DNA of 64,000 nucleotides from contig CAWFKQ010000009.1 in NCBI GenBank assembly GCA_963816395.1, positions 304,780 to 368,779 on the forward strand, given 5' to 3'. Below are positions 11,493 through 23,420 of this stretch, piece by piece. Source of the DNA: an uncultured delta proteobacterium (GTDB lineage Bacteria > Desulfobacterota > Desulfuromonadia > Desulfuromonadales > JACZKF01). Position 1 is the stretch's first letter; every line of letters starts with the position of its first letter. The notes under the pieces are model-generated. The model ran no database searches and was not told where the DNA came from. It saw only the letters and a program-made list of their open reading frames with translations. Made by a program: the position numbers and the translations under genes.

Positions 11493-12101
11493 TACGCACT
11501 CCCGTCCTCTCCCCAGCGCTGGAACAGCTTGTGCGGGATCTTCAGGCTGTCGAGGATCTTCCCCACCATGTAGTCGACCAGGTCCTCCACCGATTTCGGC
11601 CGGTGATAGAAAGCGGGCATGGCCGGAATGATGCGAGCGCCGGCGCGGGCAAGGAGCAGCAGGTTTTCCAGGTGGATGGTGTTGAACGGGGTTTCCCGGG
11701 GGACCAGGAGAAGTTCGCGCCTCTCCTTGAGGATGACGTCGGCCGCTCTTTCCACCAGGTTGCTGCTGAGACCGGCGGCAAGGCGCCCGGTCGTCCCCAT
11801 GGAGCACGGGACGACCACCATTGCATCGGGCGCCGAGGAGCCGCTGGCGATCGGCGCGAACATGTCGGTCTCCCCGTAGTGCTCGAGCTTGCGGCTGCCG
11901 CCGAAATAATCGCGCATCAGCCCCTTGCGTTCGAAGGTGGTTCCCTCCCACTCCAGCCCCGTCTCGTAACGCAGCACGTCGAGCCCGGATTTGGTGAGCA
12001 GCAGGATCGACCCGGCAGTCGGCTCGCAGCAGCTCCTCGGTGAGCCGCAGCCCGTAAATGGCGCCGGAGGCGCCGGTGATGGCGACGACGATCTGTTTCA
12101 T
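11492..12101 (-). CDS. ubiX: flavin prenyltransferase, frameshift near 12005
   Basis: AITGASGAIYG, IASGS, VPCSMGT, ERAADVILKERR, PRETP, PAMPAFYH. Confidence 0.93.
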
Positions 12102-12413
12102 GGCTGAACCCCTTTCACCACCCGCTCGCTGTATTCACTGGAGGCACGGGGATACGGAAAAAACTGGAGAACTTGAAGATCTTTTCTCACGTGACGACGC
12201 AACGACGCAACGTAATTCAAAGTCTTTGAAGAATCCTTTATGCACTGGCTCCAGTGACAGTCAGAGCCAAGAGCCGGCGAATGGATTCAGACAGATCAAG
12301 ATGCGTGATCTGCGGATATTTTAACCAGATTCACAGGGTTTGGCCGTGACATGTCAGATTTTCGTCGCGGCATCGTCGCGTCGCCGCGCGAGAATGCTTT
12401 TCAGGTTCTCCCC

Positions 12414-13286
12414 TCAGAGCAGCGCATCCATCAGGGTGAAGGCGAAGATGGTCACGCTGATGTAGCCGTTCATGTTGAAGAAGGCCGCGTCCAGCCGGGA
12501 GAGGTCGTCCGGCCGGACCAGCCGGTGCTCGTAGACGAGCAGGCCGCTGACCACCGCCACCCCGAGCAGGTAGATCCCGCCGAGGCCGGTTCCCAGCGGC
12601 AGCAGCAGCAGGAGCAGGACCATTATCGCATGAAAGACCCGTACCAGCCGGATCGAGCCTGCCACCCCCAGCCTGGCGGGAATCGAGTGGAGCCCCCGGG
12701 CGCGGTCGAACTCCAGATCCTGCAGGGCGTAGAAGATGTCGAAGCCGGCCACCCAGAGCAGGACGGTCAGTCCCAGCACCAGGATCGGCCAGCCGACGTC
12801 GCCGCGCAGGGCGATCCAGGCGCCGATGGGAGCGGCGGCCAGGCAGACCCCCAGGACCAGGTGGGCGAGGGCGGTGAAACGTTTGCAGAAAGAGTAGAGA
12901 AAGAGGAAGAAAAGGGCCACCGGCGCCAGATAGAAGCACAGGGGGTTGAGCATCCAGGCGGCCAGCAGCAGCAGGGCGAAGGAGGCGGCGACGAACAGCC
13001 AGGCCTCCCGCCGCGAGACCTTGCCCGCCGGGATGTGCCGGCTGGCGGTGCGCGGGTTCTCGGCATCGATGCCGGCGTCGATGATGCGGTTCAGCCCCAT
13101 GGCGCCGCTGCGCGCTCCGACCATGGCCAGACAGATCCAGAGCACCTGGGCGCCCGTCGGCGGCGCCCCGCTGGCCATCGAGGCCAGCACCACTCCCATC
13201 AGGGCGAAGGGGAAGGCGAAGACGGTATGGGAGAATTTGATCATCTCCAGCAGGGTGCGGGTTCTCTCCAGAACGGTAGCGGTCAT
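12414..13286 (-). CDS. ubiA: UbiA-family polyprenyltransferase (MqnP-like, futalosine pathway)
   Basis: IKFSHTVFAFPFA, NRIIDAGIDAENPRTASRHIP, GFDIFYALQD; operon context. Confidence 0.88.
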   Translation of the reverse strand: MTATVLERTRTLLEMIKFSHTVFAFPFALMGVVLASMASGAPPTGAQVLWICLAMVGARSGAMGLNRIIDAGIDAENPRTASRHIPAGKVSRREAWLFVAASFALLLLAAWMLNPLCFYLAPVALFFLFLYSFCKRFTALAHLVLGVCLAAAPIGAWIALRGDVGWPILVLGLTVLLWVAGFDIFYALQDLEFDRARGLHSIPARLGVAGSIRLVRVFHAIMVLLLLLLPLGTGLGGIYLLGVAVVSGLLVYEHRLVRPDDLSRLDAAFFNMNGYISVTIFAFTLMDALL

Positions 13287-13554
13287 CTCTTCTGCCTCGC
13301 CGGAATCGGTCGCCTCATGAATTCGCCAGTGTACACCGCCGGTCCGGGCGCGACAAGGGCTTTTGCCGCCGCGGGGACCTCAATGAAAGCTCCACCAGAA
13401 GCCGCCGCGGTACCCGGACGATAAGAATAGCTGGAGGGAGCAGCGGCCGGTCATGGCGCAATTCTACCATTCACCGCCGGCCGTTCGCCAGTGGCCGGCG
13501 GGTTGCCATTTCCCTGCCGTTCGTCATACTTGGCTAGTAGGAAAGGAGACCGTC

Positions 13555-13821
13555 ATGGAGATAGGGAAGATTTTTACCTGTCAGGAATGCGACGCCAACA
13601 TCGAGGTTGCGGACCTCTACAATACCGATACCGTGGTTTGTCACAACTGCGGCCAGACCTACTCCCTGCGCTGGGTGGAGCGGGAGAAGGCTTACGATCT
13701 GCTGCCGGTGGAAGCGGTGGAGCCGGAAGCCCGCAACACGGCCGAGGAGGAAGAAGATGAGCCGTTCCGGGTGCTGGATGAGCCGGCCGGGCCGCGCGAG
13801 GACGATCTGGACAGGTACTGA
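13555..13821 (+). CDS. small zinc-ribbon protein with acidic tail (LysW-like architecture)
   Basis: RBS AAGGAG; CQEC...CHNCG; tail AEEEEDE...EDDLDRY. Confidence 0.65.
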   Translation: MEIGKIFTCQECDANIEVADLYNTDTVVCHNCGQTYSLRWVEREKAYDLLPVEAVEPEARNTAEEEEDEPFRVLDEPAGPREDDLDRY

Positions 13822-13835
13822 AGGGCGGGAGCACG

Positions 13836-14238
13836 TCAGCTTCCGCTTCCCTTTTTCGGCCGGCCGCACCAGCAGGGTGAGGCCGCGGGTTGCCTGAACC
13901 TCCACTTTCTCCCCGGCTTCGACCCTCCTGCCCCCCTGCACCTCGGCCCGCCAGAGTTCGCCGCGAACCAGGATATATCCCGAGGGCGCCAGACGCTCGC
14001 GGGCGATGCCGCATTCGCCGATAAGGGAGCCGAAGGTGCGGTCGCCCGGCTCATAGGCGCGGCGCATGAGGGGAAAGAGGGCGGCGTCCTTGGCCACCCA
14101 TAAGGCGATGACGGTCCACACCAGCCACAGGGGAAGGGCAAACCAGTGGCGCAGCAGGAACATGAGCGCCGCCATCAGCAGCCAGGAGGGAAGCTGCACC
14201 AGGATGTACTTGGCTACCGTCCGGGTGTTTCGCCCCAT
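13836..14238 (-). CDS. NfeD-like C-terminal domain membrane protein (3' end uncertain)
   Basis: Two hydrophobic helices, then LIGECG...GYILVRGELWRAE...GLTLLVRP. Confidence 0.75.
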
Positions 14239-14311
14239 GCTCTCCACCGTTTTCCCCGGCAGAAGAAAAGCGGGAGAAACCCGCTTTTCAAAGCAGATGA
14301 AGGCATGCGCC

Positions 14312-14500
14312 TCAGGACGGCGACACCTCCTGGCAGAATTCGCTCCCCCAGGTCTCGCGCCGGTCTCCCACCTCCACTTCCAGGCGGTTGCCGCTGCAGA
14401 ACTTGACCCGGCCCTTCTCATGGCTGCCGGTGTTTTCCACATACCTGGTTTCGCCCGCTTCGATTGCCTGGCAGAACTGTTCGAACTCCTTCCGTTCCAT
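14312..14500 (-). CDS. small hypothetical protein (62 aa)
   Basis: RBS GAGGAG; MERKEFEQFCQAIEAGETRYVENTGSHEKG... Confidence 0.55.
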   Translation of the reverse strand: MERKEFEQFCQAIEAGETRYVENTGSHEKGRVKFCSGNRLEVEVGDRRETWGSEFCQEVSPS

Positions 14501-14668
14501 GGTTCTCTCCTCTCCCCGCCCCGGGGCCATGGCTCCGGTCGTGGCGGAATTCTTCATCCCATTATACCGCCGAAACGACCCGCTTCAGGAACCGGCCGCG
14601 AGGGGTGGAAGCGGAAACCGCGGGCACGCCACTGGCGATTGAGGCGGGTACAGCCTTGTCCCCGGCCC

Positions 14669-15941
14669 TCAGCGGTCGCGAAAGATGAGATGCTCCAGGA
14701 CCATGACAGCCAGGACCCCGACCACGAAGCCGTTGCCGAGGACCGGCTGCAGGACGGCGGGAAAGGTGGCGAGGGCGGCGGGGGGGAGGAAGGCGATGAC
14801 CGTTCCCAGCAGCAGGGGGAGACCGATGACCAGCCCGTGCGGGAAACGGAACGGCTCCTTCCCCTCGAAGAGCACCAGCAGGCCGGCAGCGACCTGGGCG
14901 CAGAGGATGTACAGCAGGACGCTGCCGACCACCACGTCGGGGATGCGGCCGATGGTGCCGATGGCGGCCGGGGAGAAGGAGAGCAGCAGCAGCAGGCCGG
15001 CCGCCGGCAGCAGGGTGAAGCGGGAGGCACAGCCGGTGGCGGCGACCACCCCGGGGCTGAGGGAGAAGTCGACCGGGCCGAGGACCCCGAAGAAGCCGGC
15101 GAGGGCATTGGCCAGGCCGGTAAAAGTAATGCCGCGGCTGACCCGTCCGGGCAGATCGGCCGGTCGCAGCAGCTCGGCAATCGACTGGATGGAGCCGAGA
15201 TCGTTCACCGCCAGGGCCAGGAAGCAGAAGAGGAAGGCGAGCAGGACCCCCGGCTCGAGGGTGAAGTCCAGGGTGAGCCGGCGCAGGAAGCCGCCGCCCC
15301 AGGGCAAGCCCCGGCGCTCCGGCGGCGGTGCCGAAGAGCAGGGCATGGGCGAGGGTGCCGCCGGCGATGCCCCAGATGATCAGGGTCGAGCGCCAGAGGC
15401 CGCCGAGCAGCCGATAGGCGGTGAACAGGGCGAAGATCAGCACCAGGGCGAAGGAGAGGCTGGCCAGCGGCGGCACCGGTCCGGCCGGAACCAGCAGGCG
15501 CAGGATGGTCGGGGTGAGGGTGAAGGCGATCAGCAGCAGTACCGCCGCCACCACCCGGGGGGTGAACAGCCGCTGCAGGGGGCGGAAGAGCCCGCTGGCG
15601 CTGAGCAGGGCCAGCAGCAGGCCGCCGGCCAGGATGGCGCTGTAGACCGCCGCCAGGGGGAAACCCTGGCTGGCGACGGCGCCGACCAGCAGGACCGTGG
15701 CCGGTCCGGCGACCAGGGGAAGACGGTGCCCCCACAGCACCTGGCAGAAGAGGGTGAGGGCGACGACAAAACAGGTCTTCTGCAGAAAGAGGACCTGGTC
15801 GGCGTAGGCGGGGAACTGGAGGACGCCGATCACCCGGCCGATGATCAGGATGCCGGGAAGGGCGATGGCCAGCCACTGGAGGGCGAAAAGGAGCGTCTCG
15901 CGCCAGGGGGGGCGCTCATCCAGGCCATAGCGAAAATCCAC
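14669..15941 (-). CDS. NCS2-family (xanthine/uracil-type) permease, frameshift near 15300
   Basis: YGLDERPP start, QVLWGHRLPLVAGP, many TM segments, VLGNGFVVG. Confidence 0.85.
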
Positions 15942-15995
15942 CTTCTCCTCCTGTCAGAGCCGGCAGACGGGAAGCGGTTTCCCGCCGCCGGCATG

Positions 15996-16623
15996 TCATT
16001 TGCCCTTTTCGGGCAATCCCTGCTTCCTCAGGTCCTCTTGGAACTGCCCGAGGATCTGCCCCAGCGCTTCGTTCCACCCCTGCGCCAGGGCCGCCGGCGT
16101 CCTTTTCTCCAGCGGGATCTCCCGCCGGTAGCTTTGCCGCAGCAGCGTCTCGGGCCCGGCGGTCTTCTGCCGCTCAAGCGTGAACTCCATGGCCAGCACC
16201 GCCTTGGCCGCGACCCCCGGGCGGAAATCGCCGTACAGTTCGGAGACCGTCCCGGAGAGATAGTAGTCCGGTTCTTCCGGCCCGGCCTTGCCCAGCACTT
16301 CCCGGAACAGCCCGGAAGCGCCCAGCCAGCGGACCACCGCCTCCTTGAACAGGGTTGCCGGGTCGACCAGAAATTCGCTGTAGTAGTCGGTCTCGTACGC
16401 CAGTTCGCCGGTCCGGTAGACGAAGTTCTTGCCCATGAAGGTCGGGGCGACGCGGATCCGTTCCACCCGGAGGATACCGGCCGCGGCGGGGGGGGCCTGC
16501 TGCGGCGGGGCGACGTCGAGGATGAACGTCTGCTTCTGCGGATACTGCCGTTCGAGGTTGACGCAGCCGGCCAGCGACGAGCAATCCCATCAGGCCGGCG
16601 ACGATAGGGAGTTTCCTGGTCAT
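15996..16623 (-). CDS. ABC-type transport auxiliary lipoprotein (PqiC-like), frameshift near 16570
   Basis: Lipobox VAG-C once the frame is repaired; FVYR...YETDYYSEFLVDP; LYGDFR; follows the MlaD gene. Confidence 0.75.
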
Positions 16624-17682
16624 TTTCCCTCCTGGGGCAGCAGACGCGGCGGCGGGGTGCCGAAGAAGAGCTGCGAGGGGTTGCGCCGGGCGGTCTCGCT
16701 CACCGCCTTGAAATTCTCCGACATCTGCCGCAGGTTGTTGATGGTTTCCTCCAGATCCTGCTGCTCGCTGGTGACCAGCCGGTCGAGACGGCCCAGGGCA
16801 TGCCGCAGGTGGCCCAGGCTGGCGGGCAGGTCGTTGCTGGAGGAGATCTGGCCCATGACCTGGTTCAGGTTCTCCGCCGCCTCTTTGGAGGCGGCGAGCA
16901 TCTCCTGCAGCGGCTTGCGGGTCTCCTCCGTCAGCTGCCGGACGCTGGCCAGGGTCGCCGAGGCATCCTTGATCAGGGGATTGATCTGCAGGTCCTGCAC
17001 CACCTTGTCCAGGTGCCGGTTGGTCGCCCGCAGCTCCGCCAGCAGCTGCTCCGCCTGATTCCCGAGGGCCTTCATGTTGGTATTCTCCAGCACCGAGGAG
17101 ATGACCGTCAGCGCCTTCTGGATCGAATCCGGTGAGCTGCTGGACGTCGATCTGCTCCAGGTTGCGCAGGATGCCGTCGATGGCGTCGGAAACCCGGGTG
17201 ATGATGCTGGGACCGGAGGGGATATAGGGGTATTTCGGCGTCCAGTCGATCGCCAGGGGGGGATAGCGCTGCGGGTCGAGGTAATCCGCCTCGATGTAGG
17301 CCGCGCCCGTCACCCCCTGGAAGCCCAGGCGCACCCGCAGCCCCTGCCGCACCTCCCGCTCGAACAGCTCGCGGTCGACCTTTTCCCCATTGGCGCGGAA
17401 GGTGTCGGGGGTGAGGGCCATGCGCACCAGGACGTAGCGCTTCTCGGTATGGTATTCCTTGCGCACCAGGGTCATTTCGGTGACCTTGCCGATCTGCACG
17501 CCGCGGAATTTCACCGGCGAGCCGATTTCCAGCCCCTGCACCGAGTCCTGGAAATAGGTCTCCACCAGCACCTGCTGCTGGAACAGGGCGCTGGCGCCGA
17601 GGGCGATGATGCCGAGGATCAGCAGGGCGCCGGCGCCGATGACGAACAGGCCGATCTTGAAGTAATTGGCTCTCTGTTTCAA
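16620..17682 (-). CDS. mlaD: MCE/MlaD-family protein, frameshift near 17125
   Basis: NYFKIGLFV, ETYFQDSVQGLEIGSPVKFRGVQIG, RNPSQLFFG; RBS GGAGG before a TTG start. Confidence 0.85.
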
Positions 17683-17689
17683 CGGTATT

Positions 17690-18486
17690 TTACCTCCGTT
17701 TCCCCCTGTTGGTTCGGGCCGCCGCCGCGCGGTTCCACGCTCCCGCCGGAAGAACTGCCGGACATAGGGATTGCTGCTGTCGCGCAGCTCCCGGGGCTTG
17801 CCGACGGCGACGATCCCGCGGCTGCGCTTGTCGAGCATGATCACCCGGTCGGCGATATCGTAGACGCTGGGCAGCTCATGGGTGACGATGATGAAGGTGA
17901 TCCCCAGGCTGCCGGCCAGCTGCAGGATAAGCTGGTCGAGTTCGGCCGAGGTGATCGGGTCCAGCCCGGCCGAAGGCTCGTCGAGAAAGAGGATCTCCGG
18001 ATCGAGGGCCATCGCCCGGGCGATCCCCGCCCGCTTCTTCATCCCGCCGCTGAGCTCGCCGGGCAGGTGATCGGCATAGCGGCTCAGCCCGACCAGGCCC
18101 AGCTTCATCATGGCGATCAGTTCGCGGGCGGCCGGCGGCAGATGGGTCAGCTCCTCCATGGGGAGGCAGACGTTCTGCAGCAGGGTCATCGAGCCGAACA
18201 GCGCCCCGCTCTGGTAGGTGACGCCGATCCGGCGCAGGATCTCCTGCCGCTGGCGGCCGGCGGCGGTGACGATGTCCTGCGCCCCGAAGAGGACCCGCCC
18301 CCGCTCGGGCTGCAGCAGGCCGATCATGTGTTTCAGCAGGGTGCTCTTCCCCGAGCCGGACCCTCCCAGGATGACGAAGACCTCCCCCCGGTAGACCTCG
18401 AAGGAGACATCCTCCAGGACCAGCTCCTCCTGGTAGCCGGCGGTCAGGTGCTCCACCCGGATGATGCTTTCCCGCTCCCCTGCCAA
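17690..18486 (-). CDS. mlaF: MlaF-type ABC ATPase (true stop probably lost to an indel, giving an apparent fusion to MlaD)
   Basis: GGSGSGKST, LSGGMKKRAGIARA, LFLDEPSAGLDP, VTHE. Confidence 0.88.
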
Positions 18487-18487
18487 T

Positions 18488-19638
18488 TCAGATCCCCAGG
18501 TAGTAGAAAAGGACGGAAAAGATCCCGTCGGCGATGATGATCAGGACATTGCCGGCGACCACCGCCCGGGTGGCGGAATCGCCGACGGCGCTGGCGCCGC
18601 CCTGCGTCCGCAGTCCCTGGTGACAGCCGATGCCGGCGACGATGAGGCCGAAGGCGAACGATTTGGCCAAGCCGCCGGCGGCATCCATCCAGGTGACCGC
18701 CCCCAGCAGCTGGTTGATGTAGGCGACCAGGGGATAGCCAAGGGAGAGCAGCACCACCCCGCCCCCCATCACTGCCACCATGTCGGCGAACACCGTCAGC
18801 AGCGGAATTGCCAGCATCAATGCCAGCACCCGGCTGACCACCAGGAAGCGCACCGGATCGAGTCCCATGGTGACCAGGGCGTCGATCTCCTCGTTCACCT
18901 GCATCGTTCCCAGCTCCGCGGCGAAAGCGGAGCCGGAGCGGCCGGCGAGCACCAGGGCGGTCATCAGCGGCCCCAGCTCGCGCAGCATGGAGAGGCCGAC
19001 CAGATTGGCCACGTAGATCTGGACGCCGAACTGGCGCATCGGGATGGCCGCCTGGAAGGCCATGATCAGGCCGACCAGGAAACTGACCAGGGCGACGATC
19101 GGCAGCGCATTCACCCCCGCCTTCTCGGCGATCAACAGGGTGTCGGACCAGCGGATGCGCAGCGGCCGGCGCAGAGCCAGCAGCAGAGCAACCACCAGCT
19201 CGCCGACGAAGGCCAGCAGGTCGCGGATGCCGATCCACACCCGGTAGGAGGCGCGGCCGAGCTCCTCGGGAAAGCTGGCCGGCTTCCCCCCCGGCCCGGC
19301 GGCTCGGGAATCTCGCAGGGGTCGAACAGGTCGAAAAGCTGGCGGAACTGCGGCCGCAGGCCGCGCACCTCGAAGGCGCCGCCCGCCTGGTGCTGGCAAC
19401 GGCAGAGAGCGACCAGCAGACCGATTCCCGAGCCGTCGCAGTAGTCGACCGCCGAGGCCTCCACCACCAGCCGCGGCGCTCCCTGCGTCTTCACCAGGCC
19501 GGTAGCCCGGCTCCACAGGTCGGCCACCGAATCGGCATCAAGACGGCCGGCCAGCGCCAGAGTAAGGGCCTGGACGCCCTCCTCCACCCGCAGGGTAGCG
19601 GCTTCAGTTTTGTTCTGCTCCATACTGCTCGCCGCCAT
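18488..19638 (-). CDS. mlaE: STAS-domain MlaE-family ABC permease, frameshift near 19300
   Basis: N-terminal STAS (GRLDADS, VDYCDGSG); LRELGPLMTA, GRSGSAFAAELGTMQVNEEIDAL. Confidence 0.88.
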
Positions 19639-19789
19639 GCAGAACTCCGGGGCGGATAAGATGAATTCTTCCGGCGCCCCTGGCCCGGAAATTCTCATTG
19701 TAACACCTGCGGGGGCTTCCCCAAAGGGCGATCAATCGGGGCGGTACTCCGTCCAGCAGGCCACTCAGCGGATCCAGCGAATCGGCGGA

Positions 19790-21385
19790 TCATTCAGCGC
19801 TGCCGTCATCCAACGCCCCCCAGCCGCCGCCCCCCGGCGTCTCGATCACCAGCCGGTCGCCGCGACGGCCGTCCAAGGAGCACTTGCCCGGCAGCTCGCG
19901 CGCCTCCTCCCGCCGCACCAGCAGGTTGCGCCCCGGTGCCCCCGGCCCGCCCCCCTGCAGGCCCCAGGGGCGAAAGAGGCGCCGCTCGCTGATCAGCGTG
20001 ACGCGGGCGTCGGCCAGCAGCTCGAACTCCTTCACCACCCCGTCGCCGCCCCGGTGCCGGCCGGCGCCGCCGCTGCCGTCGCGCAGGCGATAGCGGCGCA
20101 CCCGCAGGGGATAGGCGTGCTCCAGGGCCTCCACCGGGGTGTTCAGGGTGTTGGTCATGTGCGTCTGCACCCCGCTCGCTCCGGCTCCGGCCGGCCCGCC
20201 GCCGGCGCCGCCGGCGATCGTCTCGTAGTAGGCGAAGAGCTCGCCGCTGCGCGGATCGGCGCCGCCGATGGTGAGATTATTCATCGAGCCGCCGCTGGCC
20301 GCCGGGATGCGCTCCGGCAGGGCCGCCGCCAGGGCGCGCAGGAGCACATCGACCAGGCGCTGGGAGGTCTCCACGTTGCCCCCGGCCACCGCCGCCGGGA
20401 AGGTGCAGTCGGCCACCGTCCCGGGCACCGTGCGCACCCCGATGGGGCGCAGGCAGCCGGCGTTGGCCGGGATCTCCTCCGGCGCCAGCAGGCGAAAGAC
20501 GTAGAAAACGGCCGAAAGGGTGATGGCCCGCACCGCGTTCAGGCAGCCGGCGACCTGCGGCGCGCAGCCGGAGAAATCGACCGCCGCCTGTTCGCCGCGC
20601 ACGCTCACGGTGCAGCGCAGGGGGATCGGCCCGCTTCCCGCGCCGTCCTCGTCGAGGAAGTCTTCGGCGGCGTAATCGCCGTCCGGGATGGCGGCCAGCA
20701 CCCCCCGCATCAGGCGCTCGCCGTAGTCGAGCAGGGCCCGGGCGTAGCGCTCCGTCGCCGCCTGCCCGTACTGCTCCACCACCTCCCGCAGCCGCCGCTC
20801 CCCCACCCGGTTGGCGGCGAGCTGGGCGGCGAGGTCCCCCTCCCGCTCCTGCGGGGTGCGCACGTTGGCCAGCAGCAGGGCGAGCAGGTCCCGGTCGAAG
20901 GCGCCGGCGCGGACGATCTTCACCGGCGGGATGCGCAGCCCCTCCTGGAAGATCTCGGTGGACAGGGGGAGGGAGCCGGCGGTCATCCCCCCGACGTCGG
21001 CGTGGTGGGCGCGATTGGCCAGAAAGAAGACCGGCTCGCTGTCGTCGAAGAACACCGGGGTGACCAGGGTGAGGTCCGGCAGGTGGGTGCCGCCGCGGTA
21101 GGGGTCGTTGAGCAGCACCGCATCCCCCGGCGCCAGATCGCTGCGGGACAGCGCCGCCGCTACCGACAGCGGCATCGAGCCCAGGTGCACCGGGATGTGC
21201 GCCGCCTGCGCCACCATCTCCCCCCGCCGGTCGAACAGGGCGCAGGAGAAATCCCGCCGCTCCTTGATGTTGGGGGAGAAGGCGGTGCGCATCAGCACCG
21301 CCCCCATCTCCCCGGTCAGGGAGGTGAAGCGGTTCTTGATGACTTCCAGGCGGATGGGATCGATTACAGTCTCGTCACTGGTCAT
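19790..21385 (-). CDS. hydantoinase B / 5-oxoprolinase subunit
   Basis: [52 protein letters not shown]. Confidence 0.93.
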   Translation of the reverse strand: MTSDETVIDPIRLEVIKNRFTSLTGEMGAVLMRTAFSPNIKERRDFSCALFDRRGEMVAQAAHIPVHLGSMPLSVAAALSRSDLAPGDAVLLNDPYRGGTHLPDLTLVTPVFFDDSEPVFFLANRAHHADVGGMTAGSLPLSTEIFQEGLRIPPVKIVRAGAFDRDLLALLLANVRTPQEREGDLAAQLAANRVGERRLREVVEQYGQAATERYARALLDYGERLMRGVLAAIPDGDYAAEDFLDEDGAGSGPIPLRCTVSVRGEQAAVDFSGCAPQVAGCLNAVRAITLSAVFYVFRLLAPEEIPANAGCLRPIGVRTVPGTVADCTFPAAVAGGNVETSQRLVDVLLRALAAALPERIPAASGGSMNNLTIGGADPRSGELFAYYETIAGGAGGGPAGAGASGVQTHMTNTLNTPVEALEHAYPLRVRRYRLRDGSGGAGRHRGGDGVVKEFELLADARVTLISERRLFRPWGLQGGGPGAPGRNLLVRREEARELPGKCSLDGRRGDRLVIETPGGGGWGALDDGSAE

Positions 21386-21398
21386 TGGTCATCGGCTG

Positions 21399-23412
21399 TC
21401 AAGTCCTGGGTACACGGTCTTCGCCCCCCGTTACGCGTTGCCTCTTTCCAGTATCAGGTTCCCCCGTTCGTCCACCTGCGCTGTCCACCCCGGGCGCAGC
21501 AGGTGGGTGGCGGTCTCCTCGACCACCAGGGCCGGGCCGGCGAACTGGCTGCCGCAGGGGAGCTGATCCCGCTCGTACACCGGGCAGCGGCAGCTCCTCG
21601 CCGCCGAGACACCGGCGCTGATTCGGCCGCCGGCGACAGCGGCCCGCCGCCGACCGGGGCGACGGCGACATCGGGGCGCGCGCCGCGGCCCGTCGCCCGC
21701 AGCCGCAGGGTGACCACCTGCAGCGGCCGTCCCTCGTCGCGATAGCCGTAGAGCGTCTCGTGGCGGGCATGGAAGGCGGCGCGGAAGTCCCCGGCCAGCG
21801 GCACGTTGACCTCGAAGGACTGCCCCCGGTAGCGCAGGTCGACGCTAGGCTCCAGGCGCAGCTCGCCGCCGGTAATGCCTTCAGCGGCCATCTCGGCCCG
21901 CGCCTGCTCCTCCAGGGGGCGGTAAAGCCGGCGCAGCTCGCTATCGGCCAGGTCGCCGGAGCGCAGCACCGAGCGGGAATAGTCGCGGATGACGTCGGCC
22001 AGCACCAGCCCCACCGCCGAGAGGAGACCCGGGTGCGGGGGCAGCAGCAGGCGCGGGATGGCCAGCCGCTCGGCCAGGGCGCAGGCGTGCAGCCCGCCGG
22101 CGCCGCCGAAGGGGAGCAGGACGAAGTCGCGCGGGTCGTGGCCGCGGGCGACCGACACCACCCGCAGGGCGCCGGCCATGGTCGCCTCGGCCACCTCGAT
22201 CACCCCTTCGGCCAGCCGCCTCGGCGGCAGGCCGGCCTGGTCCGCCAGCCGCTCCACCGCGGCGCGGGCGCGGTCGGTATCGAGGCGCATGCGCCCGCCC
22301 AGGAAGCGGTCGGCCAGCAGGCGCCCGAGGTAGAGATTGGCGTCGGTGACGGTCACCGCCTCGCCCCGCCCGTAGCAGGCCGGGCCCGGGTCGGCGCCGG
22401 CGCTCTCCGGGCCGACCCGCAGCGCCCCGCCGGCATCGAGGCGGGCGATCGAGCCGCCTCCCGCCCCCACCGTGTGCAGGTCGATCATCGGCACCTTCAC
22501 CGGCCAGCCGGCGATCACCGTCTCGGCGCTGAAGGGGATCGCCCCGGCGCAGAGGCCGACGTCGGTGCTCGTCCCCCCCATGTCGAAGGTGAGCACCCGC
22601 TCGCAGCCGGCCGCCCGGGCGGCGGTGAAGGCCCCCACCATCCCCGCCGCCGGGCCGGAGAGGATGGTGCGCACCGCCTCGCCGCCGGCGGTCTCGGCGC
22701 GCAGGGCGCCGCCGTTGCTCTGCATGATGCGCAGCGGACGCTCCCCCAGGCCGGCCTGCAGCCGCTCCAGGTAATGGCTCATCACCGGGGCGACGGCGGC
22801 GTTGACCGCCGTCGTGGCGGCCCGTTCGAACTCGCGGAATTCGGGAAGGATGCGGCAGGAGGCGGAGACGCGCAGCCCGGCCGCCGCCAGCGCCCCGGCC
22901 AGCTCCTCCTCGTGCGCCGGGTTGGCGTAGCTGTGCAGCAGGCAGAGCGCCACCGAGCCGGCGCCGGTTGCCTCAACGGCCGCTACCACCCGCGCCACCT
23001 CGGCGGCGCGCAGCGGGGTCGCCACCGAGCCGTCGGCCAGCACCCGCTCGGCCGCCTCCACGGTGCGCTCCGGCGGCACCAGCGGCGGCTGCCGGCGGGG
23101 GTGCAGGGCGTAGAGCTCCGGGCGGTTCTGCCGGCCGATGCGCAGCAGGTCGCGGAAGCCGGCGGTCACCACCAGGGCGACCGGCGCCCCCTTCCCCTCC
23201 AGCAGCGCGTTGGTGGCGACGGTGGAGCCGTGAAAAATGAGCGCCGGCCGCTCCCCCACCAGCCGCCGGATTCCCTCCAGCACCGCCTGCGAGGGATCGT
23301 CGGGAGTCGAGGGGAGCTTCCAGGTGCGCACTTCGGCGCCGTCCACCAGCACCAGGTCGGTGAAGGTGCCGCCGGTGTCGACGCCGATCAGGGGGAGAGG
23401 GGAGGGGGTCAT
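21399..23412 (-). CDS. hydantoinase A / 5-oxoprolinase subunit, frameshift near 3' end
   Basis: GVDTGGTFTD, HGSTVATNALL, DMGGTSTD, GAGGGSIA, SAGADPGPACYG. Confidence 0.93.
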
Positions 23413-23420
23413 CAGCCGGT

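Noticed and set aside
16174..18486. 770-aa MlaF-MlaD fusion protein
   Set aside because: An internal GGAGG RBS and TTG start at 17682, plus the local indel rate, point to two genes merged by a frameshift.
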